From Oculina patagonica (Eukaryota): a stretch of DNA of 64,000 nt. The translations under genes and the position numbers were made by a program. This document shows, piece by piece, positions 1-11,352 of the stretch. The stretch covers positions 2,108,001 through 2,172,000 of the forward strand of contig NC_135761.1 of NCBI RefSeq assembly GCF_052425735.1, in the 5' to 3' direction. Every line of letters starts with the position of its first letter. The first letter of the stretch is position 1. The notes under the pieces are model-generated. The model was not told the origin of the DNA. It did no database searches and was given only the letters and a program-made list of their open reading frames with translations.

Positions 1-3000
1 TGTAGGGCTATGTAGGGCTATGTACGGTTATGTAGGGATATGTACGGCTATGTAGGGCTATGTAGGGCTATGTAGGGCTATGTACGGTTATGTAGGGCTA
101 TGTACGGCTATGTAGGGCTATGTAGGGCTATGTAGGGCTATGTAGGGCTATGTACGGTTATGTAGGGCTATGTAGGGCTATGTAGGGCTATGTAGGGCTA
201 TGTAGGGCTATGTACGGTTATGTAGGGCTATGTACGGTTATGTAGGGCTATGTAGGGCTATGTAGGGCTATGTACGGCTATGTAGGGCTATGTACGGCTA
301 TGTAGGGCTATGTAGGGCTATGTACGGTTATGTACGGTTATGTAGGGCTATGTAGGGCTATGTAGGGCTAAGTAGGGCTATGTAGGGCTATGTAGGGCTA
401 TGTACGGCTATGTAGGGCTATGTACGGTTATGTAGGGCTATGTAGGGCTATGTAGGGCTATGTAGGACTATGTACGGCTATGTAGGGCTATGTAGGGCTA
501 TGTAGGGCTATGTACGGTTATGTACGGTTATGTAGGGCTATGTAGGGCTATGTAGGGCTAAGTAGGGCTATGTAGGGCTATGTAGGGCTATGTACGGCTA
601 TGTAGGGCTATGTAGGGCTATGTAGGGCTATGTACGGTTATGTAGGGCTATGTAGGGCTATGTAGGGCTATGTACGGTTATGTAGGGCTATGTACGGCTA
701 TGTACGGATATGTAGGGCTATGTAGGGCTATGTAGGGCTATGTACGGTTATTTAGGGCTTTGTAGGGCTATGTAGGGCTATGTAGGGCTATGTACGGTTA
801 TGTAGGGCTATGTAGGACTATGTACGGCTATGTAGGGCTATGTAGGGCTATGTAGGGCTAAGTAGAGCTATGTAGGGCTATGTACGGCTATGTACGGCTA
901 TGTAGGGCTATGTACGGTTATGTAGGGCTATGTACGGTTATGTAGGGCTATGTAGGGCTATGTAGGGCTATGTAGGGCTATGTAGGGCTATGTAGGGCTA
1001 TGTACGGTTATGTAGGGCTATGTAGGGCTATGTAGGGCTATGTACGGCTATGTACGGTTATGTAGGGCTATGTAGGGCTATGTAGGGCTATGTAGGACTA
1101 TGTAGGGCTATGTAGGGCTATGTAGGGCTATGTAGGGCTATGTAGGGCTATGTAGGGCTATGTACGGTTATGTACGGTTATGTAGGGCTATGTAGGGCTA
1201 TGTAGGGCTATGTAGGGCTAAGTAGGGCTATGTAGGGCTATGTACGGCTATGTACGGCTATGTACGGCTATGTAGGGCTATGTAGGGCTATGTAGGGCTA
1301 TGTACGGTTATGTAGGGCTATGTAGGGCTATGTACGGTTATGTACGGTTATGTAGGGCTATGTAGGGCTATGTAGGGCTAAGTAGGGCTATGTAGGGCTA
1401 TGTACGGCTATGTACGGCTATGTAGGGCTATGTACGGTTATGTAGGGCTATGTAGGGCTATGTAGGGCTATGTAGGACTATGTACGGCTATGTAGGGCTA
1501 TGTACGGCTATGTAGGGCTATGTACGGTTATGTACGGTTATGTAGGGCTATGTAGGGCTATGTAGGGCTATGTAGGGCTATGTAGGGCTATGTAGGGCTA
1601 TGTACGGTTATGTACGGTTATGTAGGGCTATGTAGGGCTATGTAGGGCTATGTAGGGCTAAGTAGGGCTATGTAGGGCTATGTACGGCTATGTACGGCTA
1701 TGTACGGCTATGTAGGGCTATGTAGGGCTATGTAGGGCTATGTACGGTTATGTAGGGCTATGTAGGGCTATGTACGGTTATGTACGGTTATGTAGGGCTA
1801 TGTAGGGCTATGTAGGGCTAAGTAGGGCTATGTAGGGCTATGTACGGCTATGTACGGCTATGTAGGGCTATGTACGGTTATGTAGGGCTATGTAGGGCTA
1901 TGTAGGGCTATGTAGGACTATGTACGGCTATGTAGGGCTATGTACGGCTATGTAGGGCTATGTACGGTTATGTACGGTTATGTAGGGCTATGTAGGGCTA
2001 TGTAGGGCTAAGTAGGGCTATGTAGGGCTATGTAGGGCTATGTACGGCTATGTAGGGCTATGTAGGGCTATGTAGGGCTATGTACGGTTATGTAGGGCTA
2101 TGTAGGGCTATGTAGGGCTATGTACGGTTATGTAGGGCTATGTACGGCTATGTACGGATATGTAGGGCTATGTAGGGCTATGTAGGGCTATGTACGGTTA
2201 TGTAGGGCTATGTACGGCTATGTACGGTTATGTAGGGCTATGTAGGGCTATGTAGGGCTATGTAGGGCTATGTACGGTTATGTAGGGCTATGTAGGACTA
2301 TGTACGGCTATGTAGGGCTATGTAGGGCTATGTAGGGTTAAGTAGGGCTATGTAGGGCTATGTACGGCTATGTAGGGCTATGTAGGGCTATGTACGGCTA
2401 TGTAGGGCTATGTAGGGCTATGTAGGGCTATGTAGGGTTATGTAGGGCTATGTACGGCTATGTACGTCTATGTAGGGCTATGTAGGGCTATGTACGGCTA
2501 TGTACGGCTATGTAGGGCTATGTAGGGCTATGTACGGTTATGTAGGGCTATGTACGGCTATGTACGGCTATGTACGGCTATGTAGGGCTATGTAGGACTA
2601 TGTAGGGCTATGTACGGTTATATAGGGCTATGTACGGCTATGTAGGGCTATGTACGGCTATGTACGGCTATGTACGGTTATGTAGGGCTATGTAGGGCTA
2701 TGTAGGGCTATGTAGGGCTAAGTAGGGCTATGTAGGGCTATGTAGGGCTATGTAGGGCTATGTAGGGCTATGTAGGGCTATGTAGGGCTATGTACGGTTA
2801 TGTAGGGCTATGTAGGACTATGTACGGCTATGTAGGGCTATGTACGGCTATGTAGGGCTATGTAGGGCTATTTACGGCTATGTAGGGCTATGTAGGGCTA
2901 TGTAGGGCTATGTACGGTTATGTAGGGCTATGTACGGCTATGTACGGATATGTAGGGCTATGTAGGGCTATGTAGGGCTATGTACGGTTATGTAGGGCTA

Positions 3001-3830
3001 TGTACGGCTATGTACGGTTATGTAGGGCTATGTAGGGCTATGTAGGGCTATGTAGGGCTATGTACGGTTATGTAGGGCTATGTAGGACTATGTACGGCTA
3101 TGTAGGGCTATGTAGGGCTATGTAGGGTTAAGTAGGGCTATGTAGGGCTATGTACGGCTATGTAGGGCTATGTAGGGCTATGTACGGCTATGTAGGGCTA
3201 TGTAGGGCTATGTAGGGCTATGTAGGGTTATGTAGGGCTATGTACGGCTATGTACGTCTATGTAGGGCTATGTAGGGCTATGTACGGCTATGTACGGCTA
3301 TGTAGGGCTATGTAGGGCTATGTACGGTTATGTAGGGCTATGTACGGCTATGTACGGCTATGTACGGCTATGTAGGGCTATGTAGGACTATGTAGGGCTA
3401 TGTACGGTTATATAGGGCTATGTACGGCTATGTAGGGCTATGTACGGCTATGTACGGCTATGTACGGTTATGTAGGGCTATGTAGGGCTATGTAGGGCTA
3501 TGTAGGGCTAAGTAGGGCTATGTAGGGCTATGTAGGGCTATGTAGGGCTATGTAGGGCTATGTAGGGCTATGTAGGGCTATGTACGGTTATGTAGGGCTA
3601 TGTAGGACTATGTACGGCTATGTAGGGCTATGTACGGCTATGTAGGGCTATGTAGGGCTATTTACGGCTATGTAGGGCTATGTAGGGCTATGTAGGGCTA
3701 TGTACGGTTATGTAGGGCTATGTACGGCTATGTAGGGCTATGTACGGTTATGTAGGGCTATGTACGGCTATGTAGGGCTATTTATAGCCGTATATAGCTA
3801 TGTATAGCCGTGTATAGCTACGTAGGGCTC
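1..3830. repeat. 10-bp tandem satellite (TGTAGGGCTA)n, about 378 units, runs off the window start
   Basis: Strict 10-bp register to 3780 with variants TGTACGGCTA, TGTACGGTTA, AGTAGGGCTA and TGTAGGACTA; decays over 3781-3830; stop codons recur on both strands. Confidence 0.99.
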
Positions 3831-4648
3831 TGTATCCCCTCTATTAATATCCCTATATAGAATTTAGTCAAACCACTATATGATGACTACACTACGTACT
3901 TACCGAATATTTGGCCAAACTCGATTCTCCTTCACATCTGATTGGCTGGAGAAACAAAACAAAACAAAAAACAAGAAAAAGACAAGAATAAACGAGTACT
4001 CTGTTCGAGATCAAATACCGACAATGGGGTATCAAAGGTCGCGATTCTGGATGCTGACTAAAATGATCTGGCCAGCCTCCAGGTATTTCCGCCAATGCGC
4101 TACTGAGAACGTTGCCCAGGCTAGAATCTTCAGTTCAGTACAAGTAATTTGCGATGCATTCATGAGTAAGCCAGAAGATCGAACAATCGACTGAATTGCT
4201 AAATATATTTTCACTTTTAGATTTCTAAGTGTTCCGCTTTGGTCTCATCCTCAACAGGATGTGATCATTATTTCCTTTTGACGCGGAAATCAACAGTTAA
4301 GTTCAACTAGGACTACACTAGGACTACACATCAAGAAACCACATCATTTCCTCGCTGCCTCTGATCATTCTTTTGAAGTAAAACGCAGCACATATGAATA
4401 GCGCTCGACGCTTCCCAAGTTGAAATGCCTGAGTGTGTACATGTTCTAAATTTAAAATCTCCGTATTAGTCATCCAACAATAAAGGAAAACAATTGTATT
4501 GGACACTGCATGGCCAGAAACAATATATTTGCGATATTTTCAATCAGTTCTTCTTTTATTATTGTGGCAACGTTCTTGACAAAATTTCTTAAACGTAATT
4601 TAATCCGATAGTCGTTGCTAAGAGAGTGAAGTTATTCGAAGCGATTTC

Positions 4649-5236
4649 TTAAAGGGCGCCATAACTTTTCTTCGAATGCCGGGCAATCAAAGCTGCGTTC
4701 AACCTCTTGTATTTCAGTTTATATTCATCCCTTTCTCTGGCGACTTTTCTCAATTCTTCTTTCGCCTTGAATATTTCCAACTCAAGACTCGCATTTTCTT
4801 CCGTAATATTACCAGTCTTCTCTGAGTCTTTCTTTCGACATTTCAGAGCGTATTTACGATTCTTGAGGATTCGTCTTCGCTTTCTGAGCTTTCGCATCAG
4901 CGCTTCGGGAAGTTGACGAATTTGTTTGTTGAAGGCTTGGATAGACATCTTTTCAAGCTTCTCATCGCTTATTTGTGTGATTGTTTCGCAAGGAAGATGA
5001 TTTCGGTGCTTTTGTTGTCGTTTTGCATCATGATCATGCCCCGTCGTATTCTCGGGTACCAGACCAAAGTCTTCATGCGTGTCACCGTTAAAAAGATCCT
5101 CCGTATTCGATTCATTGTTGTTCATCGTTTCCATTGCATGTAAAGGATTCCAGTTTTCCTCAGATGAACAATCTGGTTTTAAGGAATATCGAGGAATCGC
5201 GTAATCCAAAAGAAAATCCTCTTCGCTTGACTCCAT
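4649..5236 (-). CDS. Maf: Maf-family bZIP transcription factor, copy 1 (divergent subfamily C), single exon
   Basis: Extended homology region ISDEKLEKMSIQAFNKQIRQLP, basic region KRRRILKNRKYALKCRKK, large-Maf-like zipper end RERDEYKLKYKRL. Likely ATG 5236 (MESSEEDFLL); the in-frame ATG at 5290 lies next to the promoter motifs. Confidence 0.88.
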   Translation of the reverse strand: MESSEEDFLLDYAIPRYSLKPDCSSEENWNPLHAMETMNNNESNTEDLFNGDTHEDFGLVPENTTGHDHDAKRQQKHRNHLPCETITQISDEKLEKMSIQAFNKQIRQLPEALMRKLRKRRRILKNRKYALKCRKKDSEKTGNITEENASLELEIFKAKEELRKVARERDEYKLKYKRLNAALIARHSKKSYGAL

Positions 5237-5297
5237 GTCTGAAACGTAATAACCTTTAGTTGTGTATTTGCAGTCATAACACGAAAGCATCTGTCAT

Positions 5298-5337
5298 CAA
5301 ATCAGATCGCACTTTGATGATGTAAAGGGGATTCCCC
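5298..5337 (-). promoter_or_regulatory. Maf copy 1 promoter: CCAAT-like box and palindromic kB site
   Basis: CAAATCAGAT at 5298-5307 and GGGGATTCCCC at 5327-5337; same order as in the other Maf promoters. Confidence 0.7.
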
Positions 5338-5454
5338 GTTTTGTCGCTATTTATAAGAAAAAGAGGAAGAAAACAACGTAAAATGATATATTTAAAATCG
5401 TTTTTGTTCACCATCGTGTTTCAGTGAAATTTGTGTTCTGGAACGAACATTTAA

Positions 5455-5663
5455 GGCCTGGTTTTCACTAGCGACGCAAGCACAAGCGCGATCGCGCAAA
5501 CAGGACACATTTTGATCCTTGTGCTTGTGCTTGCGCACAAGGATCAAAATGCAATGTGCTTGCGCTTTCGCTTGAGTCGAAGCCTTTTTCACTGAGCAAT
5601 AAGAGCTGTTGTCCTTGCGCTGGTGATTGCGCTTGTGCTTGCGTCGCTAGTCAAAACCAGGCC
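5455..5663. mobile_element. MITE / non-autonomous DNA transposon with TTAA flanks
   Basis: About 35-bp TIRs GGCCTGGTTTT(C/G)ACTAGCGACGCAAGCACAAGCGC with 1 mismatch; TTAA at 5451-5454 and 5664-5667. Confidence 0.85.
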
Positions 5664-5859
5664 TTAAGTGTGAAAATGTTCTTTAAACTGTACCACAAGT
5701 CACTCACTGCTAGGTTTTCAATGTTGGCTCCAGGTCGTATTTCGAGAATAGGTTGACTAAATCATAAGGCGCATTTTTTGTTACAATGTCTTGAACAAAA
5801 TATCATACCTGAATTTCAGCTTTGAATGTATTCTAAGAATGTTTTGTAATTGTGTATGG

Positions 5860-6180
5860 CCTCCCAGATACCGGTTGGGCGCTCTAACCAACGGACCTAC
5901 GAGAGACTCGTGGTAAGCTGGGCCATTTTTACTAGGTTGATATGTGACACGCGTCCTGCATACTGCTAGGATCAGCAATGTCGAATTCATCAATTGTGTA
6001 GTAAATAATTAAGATGGTAAATTTTGAGCTCGGTGATAAATAGTAAAAATGTATTTTTCAACAATGACACGAGCATGGGACAAAGAACCCATGCCCCCCC
6101 CCCCCCCCCCAGATACCAGTTGGGCGCTCTAACCAACTGAGCTACGAGAGACTCATGGTGAGTTGGACTCGTACGTGGTG
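5860..6180 (-). repeat. Two copies of a tRNA-like (A-box) SINE/tandem repeat unit
   Basis: AGATACC(G/A)GTTGGGCGCTCTAACCAAC...CTACGAGAGACTC at about 5866 and 6111; the reverse complement TAGCTCAGTTGGTTAGAGC resembles a tRNA D-arm/A-box; no complete cloverleaf. Confidence 0.6.
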
Positions 6181-8073
6181 AGCTAGTCGGGAACCTTTAA
6201 AAATATCATCTGCCTAAAATATCATCGTATAACTGCCTAACGATGACATCGATATTGAAAACGATAGTTTACTCCTTTGCTGCCTTAATTTGATATGGTA
6301 GGGAAACGGTAACGTGTCTCTTCTTCCATTTCTTTATTCTTTCTCTCCCCCCCCCCCCCCCACCTCCTTCCATACTCTGTCCTTACCACCCTCCTTTCTC
6401 TCTCTTCACCTGACTTTCTCCTTCCGTCCCCTTTCACGCCTCCCCCCCCCCCCCCCCCTAACCCCCACTTCGCACCACGAGGCACTAGCCGAAACTTTTC
6501 CTTCCCGAGCAAATTCTTGGCGAACAAGCAAGACAGGTATGGCGACCGAACTGGCTTTGTGTACATACTTCGTATGAGAACACACCAAAAGGACTGTAGT
6601 CAGGCTGGTCGCCGATTGGGCAGAATAATACAAAGGGAATACAAAAGATTTTTCTGCCCAATCGGGAGGCAGTATTCAGAGAGGTTTTTGAACTGGTCTG
6701 GTAAGACACTTTCCCCAGGGGCACTTTCAGTCAATACAACTTTTTATATATGCCAATTTTTTGCGCGCAGTTTCGCGCTATTTTTGCCCGCAGTTTCGCG
6801 TTTCTTTCGCCCCCACTAACTGCCCCTGGGTCTCCGAGGATGTGATCAACGTAGCCGATGTTGGGAATGGTTTAGAATCTCCGGCAAAATTAAAAACAAA
6901 ATTAAACAATGAATTGGTAAATTATAAATCACCGGCAGCGCCCGTGGTATGCAGCTTTTTTAGTGGTTACATGCAAGAAATGTTTCACGTTCTGACAATT
7001 TTGAACCATAAATGATAGATAAGGTCTTTAGGTGGCAAAATATACTTACTATTATTATCGCCCACCCGGAAGGCAACGACTTTCAGTTTCGATTGATTAT
7101 ATATTCAGTTTTTAGTTTCGATATAAACATAACAAAACAACAAAACTACAAGATAGGCAGGTTAAGTTGACTGAAAGTAATGCGCATTATCTAACTAAAT
7201 ATTGGTCGTTTGTTAAAATTTTCACGGCGATTGAAGCTGAAACATAAAATTTGGAAATCGAATTCCAAACCTGATAGTCCTGCTTACATACAGACGTGGA
7301 GCGTAATGCGTGTACAACGCGCGAGTTGCGTGTTGCCGATCAGGGTGCATTGAACTCGTTTGGCCTGACGAGGGAGCAGATCACATTTCTCTCACGTTTC
7401 GCGATACTAGTAGTAAAGAGAAAATATTCTGCCATTTTATGGTACGCACCAAGAGCTGAATAGCACACTTTCGCAATTTTTTCCAGCAAATGCAAGCAGC
7501 TGAGTCAGTGTTTTCCTCTGAATGTGTCTCTTGCAATAAGTATTGGGATGAAGAACTTTCCACCACTTACATCTCTGTTTAATTGCCTTCATTTATTCGG
7601 ATTTTTTCCTTGTGGCCTATTTCTTCCATTGTTTAATCACCGATACGTTATTTTAGTGCTTTCAAGGTAACTATGCGTAACACTTCGTTAACCTCATTCA
7701 TTACCACAGTTAGAATGCCACAACAGTTACTTCCAGAACATTGTTTTTACTAGGATAGGTCAGGATAACTTACCAGTTATTAAAGTAATAATCTCATTTA
7801 TTGCTAGAATTATTTTTCGTTTCAGTTCAGCCTCGATTATTAGATACATCAAGCAAGCAACTGCTTAAGATGGAATGAACTATAATATGTACAAATAAAC
7901 TTTTAAAAGATGTACAACGTCAGAAACATCAGACATAAAATGCAAGCACAGGTTTTTGTAACTTTGTTGCACTAACTCAAAGTCTCTTTCAAAGGAACTA
8001 TCAATACTATTTTAAAATCATAGCCCAAACAGACACACCGCTCGGTACATGGGTACAGTTCAAAAGCTGCCAT

Positions 8074-8658
8074 CTAACGACAAGGCAGCGACTCTGAAGC
8101 TTCCGTCCCCTGCTTGTATACAGCAATGGATTGCTGCAACAGCAGATATTTTCTCTTGTATGCCTCCTTCTCTTTCCAAATCTTCAACAATTTCCATTTC
8201 CCGCCTTCCACCTGCTTCTTCAACAAGGTATTCTCATTCATCAGATCTTCCTGCTCTCGTTGTTTTCGCAGTCGACAAGTCAGGGCGTAACCCCGATTTT
8301 TCAGGTTTCTTCGCCGTTTTCTTATCCTTGCTGCCTCGTCCCATGGAATGTTCCGAAGACGTTTGTTCAGCTCTGAAACCCGAAGGTTTGCTATTTCTTC
8401 GTCGGTGATTACCTTTGCATCTCGGGTGCTCGATTCGTCGTCCCATGACACCGAGGATGCGTTGTCATCGTCCTGATCCACTTCTGGGTTTGTTTCACCG
8501 TCGAACAGATCTTGGATGTCGCGGTCATCTTGGTCGTCGGCCATCTTGTTGTTGTCCTCAGACAAAACGCTTTCCTGAATCCATGAAGAATCAAAAAGAG
8601 TGTTCGTCTTTTCACTGGGGAGATACAAATCAAACAGGTCACTGCAGTCTTCTTCCAT
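8074..8658 (-). CDS. Maf: Maf-family bZIP transcription factor, copy 2 (subfamily A), single exon, about 194 aa
   Basis: ITDEEIANLRVSELNKRLRNIP (EHR), RKRRRNLKNRGYALTCRLRK (Maf NRGYA signature), zipper ending EAYKRKYLLL; ATG at 8658 (the ORF track start is non-ATG). Confidence 0.92.
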   Translation of the reverse strand: MEEDCSDLFDLYLPSEKTNTLFDSSWIQESVLSEDNNKMADDQDDRDIQDLFDGETNPEVDQDDDNASSVSWDDESSTRDAKVITDEEIANLRVSELNKRLRNIPWDEAARIRKRRRNLKNRGYALTCRLRKQREQEDLMNENTLLKKQVEGGKWKLLKIWKEKEAYKRKYLLLQQSIAVYKQGTEASESLPCR

Positions 8659-8768
8659 ATTATCAGGTAGTGACAAACTCGAAACTGCAGTATTTTTACG
8701 ATAAACACGGAACGTCGAATGAATGACTCAATACTCTAGCAAGCAGTGATCTGTATGTTACTTTCCAA

Positions 8769-8849
8769 CCAATCAGATATGTTGTTGCTAACGTATGATG
8801 TGGGGAATTCCCTAATATAGAGTTCCAAGAATTTACATCTTTCCAAGAA
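8769..8849 (-). promoter_or_regulatory. Maf copy 2 promoter: CCAAT box, kB site and two GAS motifs
   Basis: CCAATCAGAT 8769-8778; GGGGAATTCCC 8802-8812; TTCCAAGAA 8823-8831 and 8841-8849. Confidence 0.75.
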
Positions 8850-10573
8850 TCTGCATCCACTTTGTATGCTTGGTTTTGCTTTTGTGCGATCTCAAAAAGG
8901 GCTTATTCTGATCCATACCAATAACTATAGAACTTTTTTCAAACGAAACGTCTGATGCCATAAAATTTTGTCATTGAACTTCTTCTCACTTAAAAGTGGC
9001 GAACCATTGTTTTTGTTATGAAATTGTTGATTCTATTTTTTATTAATGCTTCTAGTGTAAATAATGTGAAAACCTATAGATGCAGGTGATGTGAATACTT
9101 AAAACAAAATATCTTAGGCCAGTACCACGAGTTTCAAATAATTGTTTCTGTGTTCAGAAACTGTCTCGCCTGGATAACTATATTAACGACTGACGCTCGG
9201 AAAGAAAAATCTGTGTAAGTGTCGCACATAATTATGGTTCTCTGGTATATCATCATTATGCTCCATCTCTTCACCCCCTCCTCCTTTAGCTCTTCATTTC
9301 TGTTTACTCTCACCACTCCTTTTTCTGCACTTAAATCCCCCCCCCCCCCCCCCCCCTGCTTACCATAGCTAATACCACGACATCTTTAATTTGACAACCA
9401 CTCACTATCCTTCCGCCCACCTCTTGGTACAGGCACATTGGTTACTGCCACTTAATGCATGTAAGAAATATTTCACAACCTGGAAGATTTGAAAATGGAT
9501 TTAAGCTCGTGGTTAGCAAAATATATTCTTATTATCGCTCACATGGTAAACGATGTCTGCTACTTTGACCTACTTTCAGTCTCGATAAACAATTTATTGA
9601 GTTTCAGTTTCGATATCAACAGGCTAAATAAGCCGTAAGTAATGATGGGGTACTGGATGTTTCTAACGGGATCGAAGTCGCAAAAATGGAATTTGAAAAT
9701 CGAAAATAATCATCTGCTTATCTTTCGTGGATCGTGAAAAGTGTACAACGAGCGAGTTGCGTGTGGCCGAGAGGTTTTGGCCTCGCGAGGGAATGGATCC
9801 CACTTCCCGCACATTTTCGGATAATGAACAGGAAATGTTCTGCGTTAACTGGTACCAAAAGCTAAACAGATTACACATATCATAATTTTCACAAACAAAT
9901 GTTATATTTTGCTTTGCCACTTTGTGTATGCGTGCATCTGAGTCAGCGTTTTTTCAAGTTGTTATCTGTTATCATCAAGCATAAAAGAAAATCAAATTAA
10001 CCGAATGCGTCACTAGCGATGATTCCTCAGTTTTATTACCTATATTAAACTCAGTTGATTTGCCTTCACTTGTTGGCCTTTTTGTTTTCGGTCCAATTCA
10101 TGATTTTATCGGTGCAATTTTCGCTTCCAGTAATTACATACTTTAAATACTACGCCCTGAACACATTGTTTGTAGAGTTTAACGGTTTATGCCTTACTAA
10201 ACCTTACAGTTACTTAAGTTGTGCTCTTATTTATTGTTAGAATTGTTTACCATCAGTTCGTTCACGACTATTAATTATAAATACATTACGCTACTGCTTG
10301 ATATGGATTGAACCTTAATATTTACAATTATACTTTTTACACTGAAAAATGTACAACGGTAGATACGATTAAATTACTTATAATTAAAAGCAGGTTCGGA
10401 TTATCGGTTACCTTGGTCTACTAACTTTAAGCAACGTGGTAAATAGATGCAAAGTCTCTTTCAAAGGTACTCTTAAGTATAAACTATTTCAACCTTTGTT
10501 AACATAGCGCAAACTGTTACAGCGCTTGGTACAACTTAAGCTCAAAAGCTGTCATATTAGTCAACACAAAGTT

Positions 10574-11158
10574 CTAGGGACAAGGCAGCGACTCTGAAGC
10601 TTCCATTCCCTGCTTATGCACAGCAAATAATTGCTGCAACAGCAGATATTTTCGCTTGTATGCCTCCTTCTCTTTCCAAATCTTCAACACCTTCAATTTT
10701 CCGTCTCCCACCTGTTTCTTCAACAAGGTATTCTCATTCATCAGATCTTCCTGCTCTCGTTGTTTTCGCAGTCGACAAGTCAGGGCGTAACCCCGATTTT
10801 TCAGGTTTCTTCGCCGTTTTCTTATCCTTGCTGCCTCGTTCCATGGAATGTTCCGAAGATGCTTGTTCAGCTCTGAGACCCGAAGGTTTGCTATTTCTTC
10901 GTCGGTGATTTCCCTTGTATCTCGGGTGCTCGATTCATCGCCCCATGACACAGAGGACTCGTTGTCATCATCCTGGTCCACTTCCGGGTTTGTTTTACCG
11001 TCGAACAGATCTTGGATGTCGCGGTCATCTTGGTCGTAGGCCATCTTGTTGTTGTCCTCAGACAAAACACTTTCCCGAATCCATGAAGAATCAAAAAGAG
11101 TGTTTGTCTCTTCACTGGCGAGATACAAATCCAGCATGTCACAGCGGTCTTCTTCCAT
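10574..11158 (-). CDS. Maf: Maf-family bZIP transcription factor, copy 3 (subfamily A), single exon
   Basis: Close paralog of copy 2; KNRGYALTCR; ATG at 11158. Confidence 0.92.
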   Translation of the reverse strand: MEEDRCDMLDLYLASEETNTLFDSSWIRESVLSEDNNKMAYDQDDRDIQDLFDGKTNPEVDQDDDNESSVSWGDESSTRDTREITDEEIANLRVSELNKHLRNIPWNEAARIRKRRRNLKNRGYALTCRLRKQREQEDLMNENTLLKKQVGDGKLKVLKIWKEKEAYKRKYLLLQQLFAVHKQGMEASESLPCP

Positions 11159-11271
11159 GTTAATATCAGCTGGTGACAAAAATGAAACTGTGCTATTCTT
11201 GCGAGAAACACGGAACGTCGAAGAAATGCCTCAATATTCTAGTAAGCAGTGATCTGTATGTTATTTTCAAA

Positions 11272-11352
11272 CCAATCAGATATCTTGTTGCTAACGTATG
11301 ATGTGGGGAATCCCCCATTATAGAGTTCCAAGAACTCAGATCTTTCCAAGAA
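11272..11352 (-). promoter_or_regulatory. Maf copy 3 promoter: CCAAT box, kB site and two GAS motifs
   Basis: CCAATCAGAT 11272-11281; GGGGAATCCCC 11305-11315; TTCCAAGAA 11326-11334 and 11344-11352. Confidence 0.75.

Noticed and set aside
1-3780. CRISPR array, telomere or coding repeat
   Set aside because: No unique spacers; the unit is 10 bp rather than TTAGGG; stop codons recur on both strands.
5237-5290. Longer ORF-track N-termini of the Maf genes (5290, 8676, 11179, 13658, 18146, 20940, 24485)
   Set aside because: Most are non-ATG starts or abut the promoter motifs; paralog similarity effectively begins at the downstream ATGs.
5860-6180. Functional tRNA genes
   Set aside because: Only an A-box/D-arm-like part is present; no full cloverleaf.
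8823-8849. Heat-shock elements
   Set aside because: HSEs need alternating nGAAn units (TTC-N2-GAA); these are TTC-N3-GAA, which fits GAS.
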